35,111 nucleotides of DNA, taken from the IMG/VR virus record IMGVR_UViG_3300032236_001771, positions 100,077-135,187 of that record. One strand, given 5' to 3'. The number at the start of each line of letters is the position of its first letter. The first letter of the stretch is position 1. This DNA is from a virus. A program made the position numbers and the translations under genes. The notes beneath the pieces are model-generated. The model was given only the letters and a program-made list of their open reading frames with translations, had not been told where the DNA came from and searched no databases. Positions 9,225 to 17,218 of this stretch are shown here, piece by piece.

Positions 9225-9657
9225 TTAATTCTTTCTCTGTAAGTATAAGAAATTCCCAATTACGATCTTTACAATATTCTCTAGCTGCATCCCATTTTGA
9301 TTGGTTTTTACCCCAAGTAACAACCTCATTTAACCATTGTTTTGTTTTTCTTGTTGGATTTGTTGCTGGAGGTTGAGTTTGTCTTTTTGGTTTAATTTCA
9401 ACTAAGTATTCTTTAATAGTTCCATCAGTTTGTTTGACTTTCATATAGAAGTCAACAAAATATCTATGTCTTTTACCATCTATAGGTGATACATAAGGAA
9501 TAACAATTTCTTCAGAAGAAAATTTAATTATATCTGGATTGGTATCACAATAATTTAAAAATTTTAATTCCCAAGAAGACCTGTAGATTACGTTTGAGGG
9601 ATCTCCTTTATATTTTTGAGGATTTTTTAGACGATATTTTCCCTGATAATATTTCAT
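9217..9657 (-). CDS. gp4: Head completion nuclease gp4
   Basis: KNPQKYKGDP, YRSSWELKF, HRYFVDF, VEIKPKRQT, NQSKWDAA. Confidence 0.92.
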   Translation of the reverse strand: MKYYQGKYRLKNPQKYKGDPSNVIYRSSWELKFLNYCDTNPDIIKFSSEEIVIPYVSPIDGKRHRYFVDFYMKVKQTDGTIKEYLVEIKPKRQTQPPATNPTRKTKQWLNEVVTWGKNQSKWDAAREYCKDRNWEFLILTEKELNV

Positions 9658-9662
9658 TTCAA

Positions 9663-9696
9663 CCTAAATACCTTAGGGATTTTATATCTATTTAGA
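9663..9696. promoter_or_regulatory. Pair of T4-type late promoters for the divergent gp4 and gp54-like operons
   Basis: CCTAAATA on + (9663-9670) and TCTAAATA on - (9689-9696) in the gp4/gp54-like intergenic gap. Confidence 0.6.
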
Positions 9697-10370
9697 TGGC
9701 AAGAATACAATCATTTATTGATAATGTTATAGGAAAGGGATTTTCTATTAATAATGAATTTATGCTTTCTTTTGACACTCCAAAAGATAAATTACTTGCA
9801 GTATTTAATAATTTTGGAGTGGGTGCAAAGTTATTTGCTCCAGAAACAAATGATATGACTGTAAATGTTGGAACAACTGCAGGGGGAAAAATTCAAGTTT
9901 TATGTGAAGAAATAAATTTACCTGGAGTTACTTCTTCAACTAATGTAGCTAGAGGAATTTATCAAGGTGTTGATTTTAAATATGCTCATACTAAAACATA
10001 TAATGATTTGAATATGGTATTTTTACTAGATGTTGATTTACTTCCGTTAAGATTTTTCCAAACATGGTTTAATTTTATTTACGAAGGAAGCGATAGTACT
10101 GGCAAATCTAAATCACAAACATATACCACAAAATATTATGATGATTATACTTTAAATATGTATATTCAAAAATTTGAAAAAATTCCAGATAAAATTAATA
10201 AAGATTTACCAACTTATAATGGAGTATATCAATTAATTAATGCTTATCCATTAACAATATCTTCTATTCCTCTTAATAGTGGTGCATCTGCTCTTACTAG
10301 AGTATCAGTAACTATGGCTTATGAAAGATGGATATTTAAACATCCACCAAATAATAATTACAGTCAATAA
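9696..10370 (+). CDS. Tail-tube-like baseplate protein (gp54/gp19 fold)
   Basis: LCEEINLPG, FFQTWFNFI, KYYDDY, LINAYPLTISSIPL, RVSVTMAYERW. Confidence 0.75.
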   Translation: MARIQSFIDNVIGKGFSINNEFMLSFDTPKDKLLAVFNNFGVGAKLFAPETNDMTVNVGTTAGGKIQVLCEEINLPGVTSSTNVARGIYQGVDFKYAHTKTYNDLNMVFLLDVDLLPLRFFQTWFNFIYEGSDSTGKSKSQTYTTKYYDDYTLNMYIQKFEKIPDKINKDLPTYNGVYQLINAYPLTISSIPLNSGASALTRVSVTMAYERWIFKHPPNNNYSQ

Positions 10371-10373
10371 ATA
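10366..10373 (+). promoter_or_regulatory. T4-type late promoter upstream of gp26
   Basis: AATAAATA ending 27 nt before ATG 10401. Confidence 0.55.
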
Positions 10374-10400
10374 CTTAAAATTATCTTTATGTGATTGATT

Positions 10401-11096
10401 ATGCCTTTACCAAAACCACCGGTTCAACTTTATGAGTTGAATTTGCCTTCAACTGGGAAAAAAATTGTTTACAGACCTTTTTTAACAAAAGAAGAAAAAA
10501 TTCTTTTGATTGCTCTTGAAAGTCAAGATGAAAAACAAATCTTGCTTGCTATTAAACAGACATTAAAGAATTGTATTCAAACAAAAATTAAAATTGAAGA
10601 CTTATCTGTATTTGATGTAGAGTATCTTTTTCTTAATACTAGAGCTAGGTCTATTGGAGAAGTTATTGAATTAAAACTTACTTGTCCTGATGATGGTGAA
10701 ACCCAAATTGAAACTACAATTAATATTGATGATATTAAAGTGCAAAAAAGTAAAGATCATTCTCCTACAATCAAATTAAGTGATGATCTTATCATCACGA
10801 TGAAATATCCAAATATTGATTCTTTAGTTGATACAAATACAGATAAAGATGCGATTGAAGCAGTAGCAAAATGCATTTCTCAAATTGCTACTAATGATGA
10901 AGTTTATGATAGTTCTCAATTTACTGTTAAAGAGGCTGTTGAGTACATTGAACAATTACCAGTAAAACAATTTGAGAAAATTCAAAAATTCTTTACCTCA
11001 ATTCCAAAATTAAGTCATACTGTTAAAGTAAAAAATCCAAATACTGGTGTAACTAGTGATGTAGTAATTGAGGGTTTATACAATTTTTTCGGATAA
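10401..11096 (+). CDS. gp26: Baseplate hub assembly protein gp26
   Basis: MPLPK...YELNLPSTGK..YRPFL.KEEKILL, FDVEYLFL..RARSIGE, CPDD, IEGLYNFF. Confidence 0.9.
   Translation: MPLPKPPVQLYELNLPSTGKKIVYRPFLTKEEKILLIALESQDEKQILLAIKQTLKNCIQTKIKIEDLSVFDVEYLFLNTRARSIGEVIELKLTCPDDGETQIETTINIDDIKVQKSKDHSPTIKLSDDLIITMKYPNIDSLVDTNTDKDAIEAVAKCISQIATNDEVYDSSQFTVKEAVEYIEQLPVKQFEKIQKFFTSIPKLSHTVKVKNPNTGVTSDVVIEGLYNFFG
11084..11090 (+). other. Candidate -1 ribosomal frameshift site
   Basis: T TTT TTC in X XXY YYZ phase, one codon before the gp26 stop; the -1 frame is open from 11072 to 11278. Confidence 0.6.
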
Positions 11097-11278
11097 GTCT
11101 TTTTCATAATAATTTGGAGGAGTATTTTAGGGTAACATTCTCTTTGATGCAACATCATAAATACTCTTTGGAGGATATTGGAAATCTTGTTCCGTGGGAG
11201 CGAGAGATATATATTGGTCTCTTAATTCAGTATCTTGAAGAAGAAAAGAAAAAACGAGAACAAGAACAAAATAGTTAA
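11090..11278 (+). CDS. gp51: gp51-like hub assembly/chaperone extension (not in ORF track)
   Basis: RISLFHNNLEEYFRVTFSLMQHHKYSLEDIGNLVPWERDIYIGLLIQYLEEEKKKREQEQNS; MQHHKYSL..PWERDIY motif; stop overlaps the next ATG (TAATG); the only in-frame ATG (11147) is mid-motif. Confidence 0.8.
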   Translation, partial: RISLFHNNLEEYFRVTFSLMQHHKYSLEDIGNLVPWEREIYIGLLIQYLEEEKKKREQEQNS

Positions 11279-13812
11279 TGGAAAAGAACCAAAATGAAGT
11301 AGAATCAGAAATTGGTTCTTCTTCTGCCGAAACCACAAAACCAGAACAAAGAAAAAATCCTCTTGGTGCTATAAGAAAGGAAACTTTAGCCATCAAGAGG
11401 GTAGTTAAAAAGTGGCCGGAATTTGACATATCAAAACTTGAAGCAAAATTAGAAAAAGACAGAGAGAGTTTTTCTAAATTATCAGTTAGAGTTAGTAAGC
11501 AAGAAGATAAAGATACTGGTGATGGATTAGAACTTCCTAAAATTGAAGAAAAAATTAAAGAAGAAATTAGAGAAAAAGAAGAAGTAAAGGAAGAAGAAAA
11601 GTTAAAAGAAAAACCAATTGAAGAAAAATCTCCTATTGATAGAGTAAGAGAAATCAAACCTGATTTAAAAGAACTAAAAGAAGGTCCAAAATTTGAAGCT
11701 CCAGAAATACCAAAAACAAAAGTTCCTCCACAATTAGAAGGAATAGATAGATTTAAAATTGAATTTCCAGAATCAATAAAAACAACTCTTAAAGGTGTTG
11801 ATAAAGCAGCTGGTTCTGCTGTTAAAGGTTTAGGAAAAACTCTTACCAATGTAAGTCGTGTTTTTGCTGGACTTGAATTAGCGCAAGATATTTTTGTAAA
11901 GCATGATGCAAGAGGAGCAACAAAACATGCTTTACAATGGGGTGCAGCAGAAGCAGCCGCTGGATTAGATATTGTGGGGTCTGTGGTTGGAGCCCCAGAA
12001 ACGCTTGGAGGAAGTTTAGCTGGATTAGCTGCTGCTGGTGCTGTTGGAACTGGAGCTTATGTAGGAACTGGTGCTTTATTTAATAGATTATTTCCAGAAA
12101 AAAAACCAAAAATGGCCATGGGTGGGATAGTAACCAAACCCACTATGGCTATTATTGGTGAAGGTGGAGAAAAAGAATATATTGTTCCTGAAAGTAAATT
12201 ATCTGGTTTTATTCAATCACATTCTAAAGATGATTTTAAAAAACCAGCAAGAATTATTCTTGGTGTAACACATAATTTTATATCACAATTTGGTAAAGGT
12301 TCTGATGATATTACCAGAATGGTTGGACCAGAAATTTTAAGATTAGAAAGAATTTATGGTGCAGATACTTTTACAATACCAGTATTTGCAAAAGGAGAAA
12401 ATAATTTTGATAATATAATTCCAAGTGGATTATTTGATTTTCTTCGTGGTGGAGAAGTGAAATCTGGAATATCTTCAGAATTAGTTGATTCTATTGATAA
12501 TTTAATGAGTTCTTTAGATTCTTTTTTAAGTGATGTTGAGAAAATTAGTGATGGCGGTGGTGGAGATAATGCAGGTGGGGGTGGTGATGGTGGAGGTGTT
12601 ATTACCTCATCAAGCAAAGGTGATGTAAATGATAATGAAATTTATTCTTATTTAACTAAAGAAAAAAAATTAGATGATGCTCATGCAAAAGGAATTTTAG
12701 CTAATATTTCTAGGGAAAGTGGATTTAGAGTTGGTATAATAGGTGATAATGGTAGTTCCGGTGGATTATTTCAATGGCATAATGATAGATTCACATTAAT
12801 GAGAAAAAATGTTCCAAATTGGAAAACTAATTGGAAAGGACAAGTTGATTATGCTTTATTAGAAGATTATGGCCCAAAATATATTAAAAATTCTTATTCT
12901 AGTGCTAAACAGGCATCAGATGATTGGTTAATAAAATGGGAACGACCTGCAGATGTTTTTGGTGATATAAAAATAAATGATTCATATTTAGAAAGTACTG
13001 GAAATAAAATAACAAAATCAGAATCATCAACAACACTAGCATCAACACCTCCTAGTACATTAACTCCTATGGGAGAAACCACTAAAGGATTGATTAGTGG
13101 ATATGAAGTAACTCAAGAATGGCATAAGAAAAATAATCGGGATAAAGGTGGACATCCGGGAGTTGATATTGGAACAAATGTTGGAACTTCAATAGCATTA
13201 CAGGTTGAATCACAAGTTATTGCTCTTGATGCAAATGCTGGCAATCCAAGTGGATATGGTAAATATCTTTCAGTGTGGGTTCCAAGTTTAAATAAACAAT
13301 TTTTATTTGGACATTTATCCGCAATTGGTGTCAAAGAAGGTCAAACAATTCCAGCCGGAACAGTTATGGCAAAAACCGGACAGACTGGAAATGTAACAGG
13401 ACCACATTTACATTTTGAAGTGCATTCTGAAAAATATTATGAAGGAAGTGCAAAAAATGAAAACCCAGCACCATTTTGGAAAAATTTAATCCTTGGTAAA
13501 GGCGGTTCTTTTACTGCAACGTCTACTACAAGTTCTGATGATATTTCTTCAGATAAATTATCTCCAAAAAGTTCTAACGCAATAATGTCTAGAGCAACAA
13601 AAGCAAGAAGTGTATTAAGATATCAAAGTATAGATACTGCACCATTTTATGGAAGAAGACAAACCTTTATTGTTAAACCAATAATATTTCAATCACCACC
13701 AGCACCATCTCCATCTCCTCAAACTCAACCTCAAAATAATAAACCAAAACCTAAATCAAAACCAACAGCTCAAGGATTTTCCCCATTAGTAACTCCCCAA
13801 CAATTAGATTAA
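11278..13812 (+). CDS. Tape-measure-like virion protein with tail-lysozyme and M23 peptidase domains
   Basis: Charged helical N-terminus, Gly/Ala hydrophobic segment, MAMGGIVTKPT..IGEGGEKEYIVP tape-measure motif, AKGILANISRESGF...GLFQW (phage tail lysozyme), HPGVDIG...HLS...TGPHLHFEV (M23). Confidence 0.8.
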   Translation: MEKNQNEVESEIGSSSAETTKPEQRKNPLGAIRKETLAIKRVVKKWPEFDISKLEAKLEKDRESFSKLSVRVSKQEDKDTGDGLELPKIEEKIKEEIREKEEVKEEEKLKEKPIEEKSPIDRVREIKPDLKELKEGPKFEAPEIPKTKVPPQLEGIDRFKIEFPESIKTTLKGVDKAAGSAVKGLGKTLTNVSRVFAGLELAQDIFVKHDARGATKHALQWGAAEAAAGLDIVGSVVGAPETLGGSLAGLAAAGAVGTGAYVGTGALFNRLFPEKKPKMAMGGIVTKPTMAIIGEGGEKEYIVPESKLSGFIQSHSKDDFKKPARIILGVTHNFISQFGKGSDDITRMVGPEILRLERIYGADTFTIPVFAKGENNFDNIIPSGLFDFLRGGEVKSGISSELVDSIDNLMSSLDSFLSDVEKISDGGGGDNAGGGGDGGGVITSSSKGDVNDNEIYSYLTKEKKLDDAHAKGILANISRESGFRVGIIGDNGSSGGLFQWHNDRFTLMRKNVPNWKTNWKGQVDYALLEDYGPKYIKNSYSSAKQASDDWLIKWERPADVFGDIKINDSYLESTGNKITKSESSTTLASTPPSTLTPMGETTKGLISGYEVTQEWHKKNNRDKGGHPGVDIGTNVGTSIALQVESQVIALDANAGNPSGYGKYLSVWVPSLNKQFLFGHLSAIGVKEGQTIPAGTVMAKTGQTGNVTGPHLHFEVHSEKYYEGSAKNENPAPFWKNLILGKGGSFTATSTTSSDDISSDKLSPKSSNAIMSRATKARSVLRYQSIDTAPFYGRRQTFIVKPIIFQSPPAPSPSPQTQPQNNKPKPKSKPTAQGFSPLVTPQQLD

Positions 13813-13816
13813 AGTA

Positions 13817-15730
13817 ATGGATCAACCAAAACTTCCCGCCGAAATAACAAAAGCAAAACCACGTTATCGTGATAAGGAATTATATTGGCAATCTGATGTT
13901 GATAAAAGCTGTTATATTGTTGCAAATTCTAAAACACAATCTAAAAGACATACTGATTATTTAAATTGGGTTACACAAACAACTGGTTGGAATGAAGAAG
14001 AAGTTCGTGCTCATGGAAATAAAATCAAAGAATCTTTAAAGGAATTATATAAAAAATCTGAATCAAAGGGAGAATTTTGGATTGATGTTCCAGTTTTTTA
14101 TAAACCAGGAGAAATACCAAAAAAATCAGAAGAAGTAGATGAAGAACCTTGGGAACCAGAACTTCCTTATGGTGGTCCAATAACTGAATCAATGATTGAT
14201 GCTGCATTAGCTCTTCCTGACCCAGTTGTACCACCAAAACCACAAACTTTACCTAAAAGACCTAGAGCTAAGGCTGGAGAATTAACAAAAGCTCAAGAAA
14301 CTATATTAGACAATATTTTATCAGATTTAATTGAAATTAAAGTATCTCTTATTAATATAAAGAAAAATCAAGAAGATAAAATAGAGTACGAAAAGAAAAG
14401 GGATAGATTGCAAGCTGAAAGAATGGCTTTCTTGGAAAAAGAAAAGTTATTAGAAAAACCCTCGGATGTAGAAGGTAAAAGTAGTAAAAAGTCTGCCGAT
14501 AAAATTAAAGAAAAAAAGAAAAAAGAATCTTCTTTATTAAATTCTCTTATTGAATTTGCTATTGCTAGTGGGGTTGGCAGTATATTATTTGGTGGTAAAG
14601 GAACTGATAGTTCAAAAAAATCTGTTGATGATGAAACAAAAACTCCACCTAAAAAATTTGCAGAGGGTGGTATTATTGGTCCATCATTTATGCTTCCATT
14701 TGCTGATGGTGGAGCAGTAACTCCTATTGAAGGTAAAGGTGGATCTACAGCAATTCAACCATTAGAAACAGCAACAAAATCCACTAAAGCAACTTCTGGT
14801 GAAACTACATATTCAAGAGGATTTTCTCTTGATGATTTAAAATCTCCTTTAGCTGAGATTATGAAACTTCCTTTAAAAGTTGCTGGTGCTGCAGTATTAT
14901 CTGCTGTTTCTAGATTGGCATCACAATTTGATATTTCAGATAGTTCTGTTGAATCTGATTTATCAAAGATGATTGGTGATTTATCAAAAGCATTTGGTCT
15001 TCCTACATCAACAATTACATCAAAATCTGCAAAAGATACTTCTGTTAAAACAAAAAAAAGTGGAGACACTGATAATACTATTGATGTAGATCAAAAAAAA
15101 TATGCATCTTCTATTAATGCTGTAGCAGATTCTTTAAAACCAGAAGCACCTGATGCAACACCGGCAACACCACCAACACCAACATCTACGCCAGATACAC
15201 CTACACCAACTCCAACAACAGCATCAAGTTCTACAGGAAAAAGTGGATCTACACCAACTCCAGCAACAGCATCAAGTTCTCCAGGAAAAAGTGGATCTAG
15301 ACCAACTCCAAAAATAGCATCAAGTTCTCCAGGAAAAGGTGGACCATCATTAGACGCACAGAATAAATTTGAAAGTTTAAATTCAAATACCAACAATAGT
15401 TTTTCTAGGTCATCTTCATTAATGAATTTAGACTTATCATCAACAGATAAATCAAACAGTTCAAGTAATTATAGTTCTAGTAATAATACAACAAATCAAT
15501 CACTAAGTTTTAATCCTGTATCAAATAATATTACAAGAATGACTGGATTAAATCCAATTGATAGTCAATATTATGGTAATGAAGGAGAGCCCCAAACAAT
15601 AACTCTTCCTCCACAAACAATAAATAGTGCTAATAATGATTATGTTGAGCAAACAATTATTGCTTTAGCTAAAGCTCCAGGAAGTGGAGATAATTACTTT
15701 ATAAGAAATCAAATCTTGGGTTCAGTATAA
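13817..15730 (+). CDS. Second tape-measure-like/hub structural protein, low complexity
   Basis: Coiled-coil stretch, FAEGGII and FADGGAV motifs, Pro/Thr/Ser-rich C-terminal part; lies between the TMP-like gene and gp27-like gene. Confidence 0.6.
   Translation: MDQPKLPAEITKAKPRYRDKELYWQSDVDKSCYIVANSKTQSKRHTDYLNWVTQTTGWNEEEVRAHGNKIKESLKELYKKSESKGEFWIDVPVFYKPGEIPKKSEEVDEEPWEPELPYGGPITESMIDAALALPDPVVPPKPQTLPKRPRAKAGELTKAQETILDNILSDLIEIKVSLINIKKNQEDKIEYEKKRDRLQAERMAFLEKEKLLEKPSDVEGKSSKKSADKIKEKKKKESSLLNSLIEFAIASGVGSILFGGKGTDSSKKSVDDETKTPPKKFAEGGIIGPSFMLPFADGGAVTPIEGKGGSTAIQPLETATKSTKATSGETTYSRGFSLDDLKSPLAEIMKLPLKVAGAAVLSAVSRLASQFDISDSSVESDLSKMIGDLSKAFGLPTSTITSKSAKDTSVKTKKSGDTDNTIDVDQKKYASSINAVADSLKPEAPDATPATPPTPTSTPDTPTPTPTTASSSTGKSGSTPTPATASSSPGKSGSRPTPKIASSSPGKGGPSLDAQNKFESLNSNTNNSFSRSSSLMNLDLSSTDKSNSSSNYSSSNNTTNQSLSFNPVSNNITRMTGLNPIDSQYYGNEGEPQTITLPPQTINSANNDYVEQTIIALAKAPGSGDNYFIRNQILGSV
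15206..15343 (+). repeat. Three in-frame tandem 48-nt repeats
   Basis: Units start at 15206, 15254 and 15302 and encode PTPxxASSSxGKSGSx. Confidence 0.9.
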
Positions 15731-17094
15731 TGGCATTTCAGTCTAATTTTGAAGTAAGTAATTTTACTATCAAAATAAACAATAAAACCTATGGATTTCA
15801 ACCAAATTCTATTTTCTCTATAGAATATTATGAGAGTTTAGATAGAAGTTTTTTACATATTGCAGCTACAATTTACGATTCAACTTTTAATTTTTCTGAA
15901 CAAATTTATGGACTTGAAGAAGTTGAATTAGAATTTAAAAATATTAATAAAACTTTTGATGGTAAAGATGCAACCACTACATTTTCCTTTACCAAGAATT
16001 CAAATAATGGTCCTTTATATGTTCATTCAATTTATAATAAATCTAATATAGGAACCAAGAAATCTTTTACTCTTGGACTTTGTAGATTAGATGCCATTAA
16101 TGATAAATTTACAAAAATATCAAAGAAGTTTCCATCTACAAATGTATCAGGTAAACCAGAAGATATTGTAAAATATATTTTAACTAATTATTTACAAACT
16201 ACAAAACAATTAGTAGCAGAGCCATCATCAACAGCATTATCATTTGTTTCTCCAATGTCTAGTGCTTATGGATTAATTAATTGGTTGATTGATAAATGTA
16301 TATCTGCTGAATCAAAACAAGATAAAGGTGGTACAGATATTAGTGCTGGGTATCTGTTCTATGAAAATTATTCATCATATAATTTTATATCATTAGATAA
16401 ACTTTGTTCTCAATCTCCAGTCAATCCAAATTTCCCATATTCAGTAACACAAAATTATCAACCAGGACAAGCTCAAGATATTGCTAGAGATGCTTTTATC
16501 ATTAAAAATGAATTAAATTTCTTAAATACGATTGATGTGTTTAAAGACCTAGATATTGGATTTTTTACAAATAAAATAGCTTTTTTTGACATTGTTAAAC
16601 AGGAGTACAGCGAATATGTATTAAACCTTGAAGATTTCTATGGTAACATGACATTGCTTGGCGGACAAAAAACATTACCAAGTTCTATCATCAATACATT
16701 TAAAACTAGCAAAACAGCAACACAAAATTCATCATATTCGCCATTCGGAAATAGACCATCAAGGTTAATGACAATTAGTTATAATAATGAATTATATGCG
16801 GATCCAAATCAAAAAATTGATTATAAAAAAAGTATTGGTCAAAGTCTTATTCGTTATGGAATTATGGGTAGACAAGTTGCAACTTGTAGAGTGTATGGAA
16901 ATTTGAATCTTTCTGTTGGTTCTGTTATTAAACTTGAAATGTATAAACCAGGAAATACTTCACAACAAACAAAAGATACTACATATAGTGGAAACTTTTT
17001 AGTTTATTCTGTAACGCATATATACAATAACTCTGGATCTGGTGGATTTATGCACACGGATTTAATATTAGTAAAAGACTCTTTTGGAGAATAA
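15730..17094 (+). CDS. Baseplate hub protein (gp27/P2 gpD-like)
   Basis: SIEYYESL, AGYLFYENYSSYNFISLDKL, VYGNLNLSVGSVI, YSGNFLVYSVTH, LILVKDSFG; precedes gp5. Confidence 0.7.
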   Translation: MAFQSNFEVSNFTIKINNKTYGFQPNSIFSIEYYESLDRSFLHIAATIYDSTFNFSEQIYGLEEVELEFKNINKTFDGKDATTTFSFTKNSNNGPLYVHSIYNKSNIGTKKSFTLGLCRLDAINDKFTKISKKFPSTNVSGKPEDIVKYILTNYLQTTKQLVAEPSSTALSFVSPMSSAYGLINWLIDKCISAESKQDKGGTDISAGYLFYENYSSYNFISLDKLCSQSPVNPNFPYSVTQNYQPGQAQDIARDAFIIKNELNFLNTIDVFKDLDIGFFTNKIAFFDIVKQEYSEYVLNLEDFYGNMTLLGGQKTLPSSIINTFKTSKTATQNSSYSPFGNRPSRLMTISYNNELYADPNQKIDYKKSIGQSLIRYGIMGRQVATCRVYGNLNLSVGSVIKLEMYKPGNTSQQTKDTTYSGNFLVYSVTHIYNNSGSGGFMHTDLILVKDSFGE

Positions 17095-17095
17095 A

Positions 17096-17218
17096 ATGTT
17101 AAATTTTCTTAAAAAACTTTTTTCAAAGCCCATTAAAAAACAAACATTTAGAGAAAAATTTGAACAATATTGTAATGAAAATCCAGATGCAGTAGAATGT
17201 AGAATATATGAGGTATAA
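17096..17218 (+). CDS. cp12: Miniature CP12-like protein, 40 aa (not in ORF track)
   Basis: MLNFLKKLFSKPIKKQTFREKFEQYCNENPDAVECRIYEV; C-x8-C CP12 C-terminal motif; GGAGA SD at 17086-17090; stop overlaps the gp5 ATG; position before gp5 matches cyanophage cp12. Confidence 0.8.
   Translation: MLNFLKKLFSKPIKKQTFREKFEQYCNENPDAVECRIYEV

Noticed and set aside
9677-9689. GGATTTTATATC resembling GGATTTTTATATCC at 21968-21981, both downstream of late promoters
   Set aside because: Only two AT-rich copies; could easily be chance
11127-11849. 240-aa minus-strand ORF
   Set aside because: Antisense shadow of the Glu/Lys-rich 844-aa gene and the gp51-like ORF; its Ser/Phe/Leu-rich composition mirrors GAA/AAA codons
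15206-15343. Possible CRISPR-like or DGR repeat
   Set aside because: Units are contiguous, in frame, without unique spacers or adenine-specific variation; no cas or reverse transcriptase gene in the window
12354-15396. Several short minus-strand ORFs within the two tape-measure-like genes
   Set aside because: Shadow frames of low-complexity sense genes
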